A stretch of DNA of 64,000 bases. Source: the human T2T-CHM13v2.0 reference genome, Homo sapiens. Below are positions 62,066 to 64,000 of this stretch, piece by piece. The notes below the pieces were generated by a model, which saw nothing but the letters and a program-made list of their open reading frames with translations, did no database searches and was not told the origin of the DNA. Within the stretch, counting starts at the first letter, position 1; every line of letters begins with the position of its first letter. Position numbers and translations under genes: made by a program. Location: NCBI RefSeq assembly GCF_009914755.1, contig NC_060928.1; one strand, 5' to 3'.

Positions 62066-62399
62066 ATTATATATTAACAGTAACCTCTGCAGACTTAAAT
62101 GTCCCTGTCTGACAGCTTTGAAGAGAGCAGTGGTTCTCCCAGCATGCAGCTGGAGATCTGAGAACGGGCAGACTGCCTCCTCAAGTGGGTCCCTGACCCC
62201 TGACCCCCGAGCAGCCTAACTGGGAGGCACCCCCCAGCAGGGGCACACTGACACGTCACACGGCAGGGTATTCCAACAGACCTGCAGCTGAGGGTCCTGT
62301 CTGTTAGAAGGAAAACTAACAACCAGAAAGGACATCTACACCGAAAACCCATCTGTACATCACCATCATCAAAGACCAAAAGTAGATAAAACCACAAAG

Positions 62400-62716
62400 A
62401 TGGGGAAAAAACAGAACAGAAAAACTGGAAACTCTAAAACGCAGAGCGCCTCTCCTCCTCCAAAGGAACGCAGTTCCTCACCAGCAACAGAACAAAGCTG
62501 GATGGAGAATGATTTTGACGAGCTGAGAGAAGAAGAATTTCATATCCAGCCAAACTAAGCTTCGTAAGTGAAGGAGAAATAAAATACTTTATAGACAAGC
62601 AAATGCTGAGAGATTTTGTCACCACCAGGCCTGCCCTAAAAGAGCTCCTGAAGGAAGCGCTAAACATGGAAAGGAACAACCGGTACCAGCCGCTGCAAAA
62701 TCATGCCAAAATGTAA
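62400..62716 (+). pseudogene. L1 ORF1 remnant with ~700 nt deleted (52-aa frameshifted peptide, stop at 62556-62558)
   Basis: MGKKQNRKTGNSKTQSASPPPKERSSSPATEQSWMENDFDELREE is fused at 62535/62536 to the ORF1 3' segment (native frame ISYPAKLSF...NHAKM*), out of frame. Confidence 0.9.
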
Positions 62717-62755
62717 AGACCATCGAGACTAGGAAGAAACTGCATCAACTAATGA

Positions 62756-64000
<1,245 letters not shown>

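Overview
Primate DNA, almost certainly human given an AluYa5 and an L1HS-type element. The window covers the 5' part of STIM2 (ER Ca2+ sensor) on the + strand: a CpG-island exon 1 (AUG at 69, in-frame UUG at 330, donor at 480/481), a ~58-kb repeat-rich intron 1, exon 2 (58636-58766, canonical EF-hand loop) and the start of intron 2. Intron 1 holds an antisense, frameshifted PIMREG/FAM64A processed pseudogene, a TSD-flanked 36-nt tailless U2 snRNA retrocopy, and a decayed ERV-L provirus with nested AluYa5/MLT2/MLT1/THE1 insertions, plus many Alu, L1, L2, MIR and MaLR elements. The most unusual object is at the right end: a young, sense-oriented, 5'-truncated L1HS-like element with ~700 nt cleanly deleted from ORF1 and an ORF2 that stays open to the window edge. 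I see no evidence of a wholly new gene system. Most short ORFs in the track are repeat-derived noise. All identifications are from recall of known sequences, not database searches, and repeat subfamily calls and boundaries are approximate.
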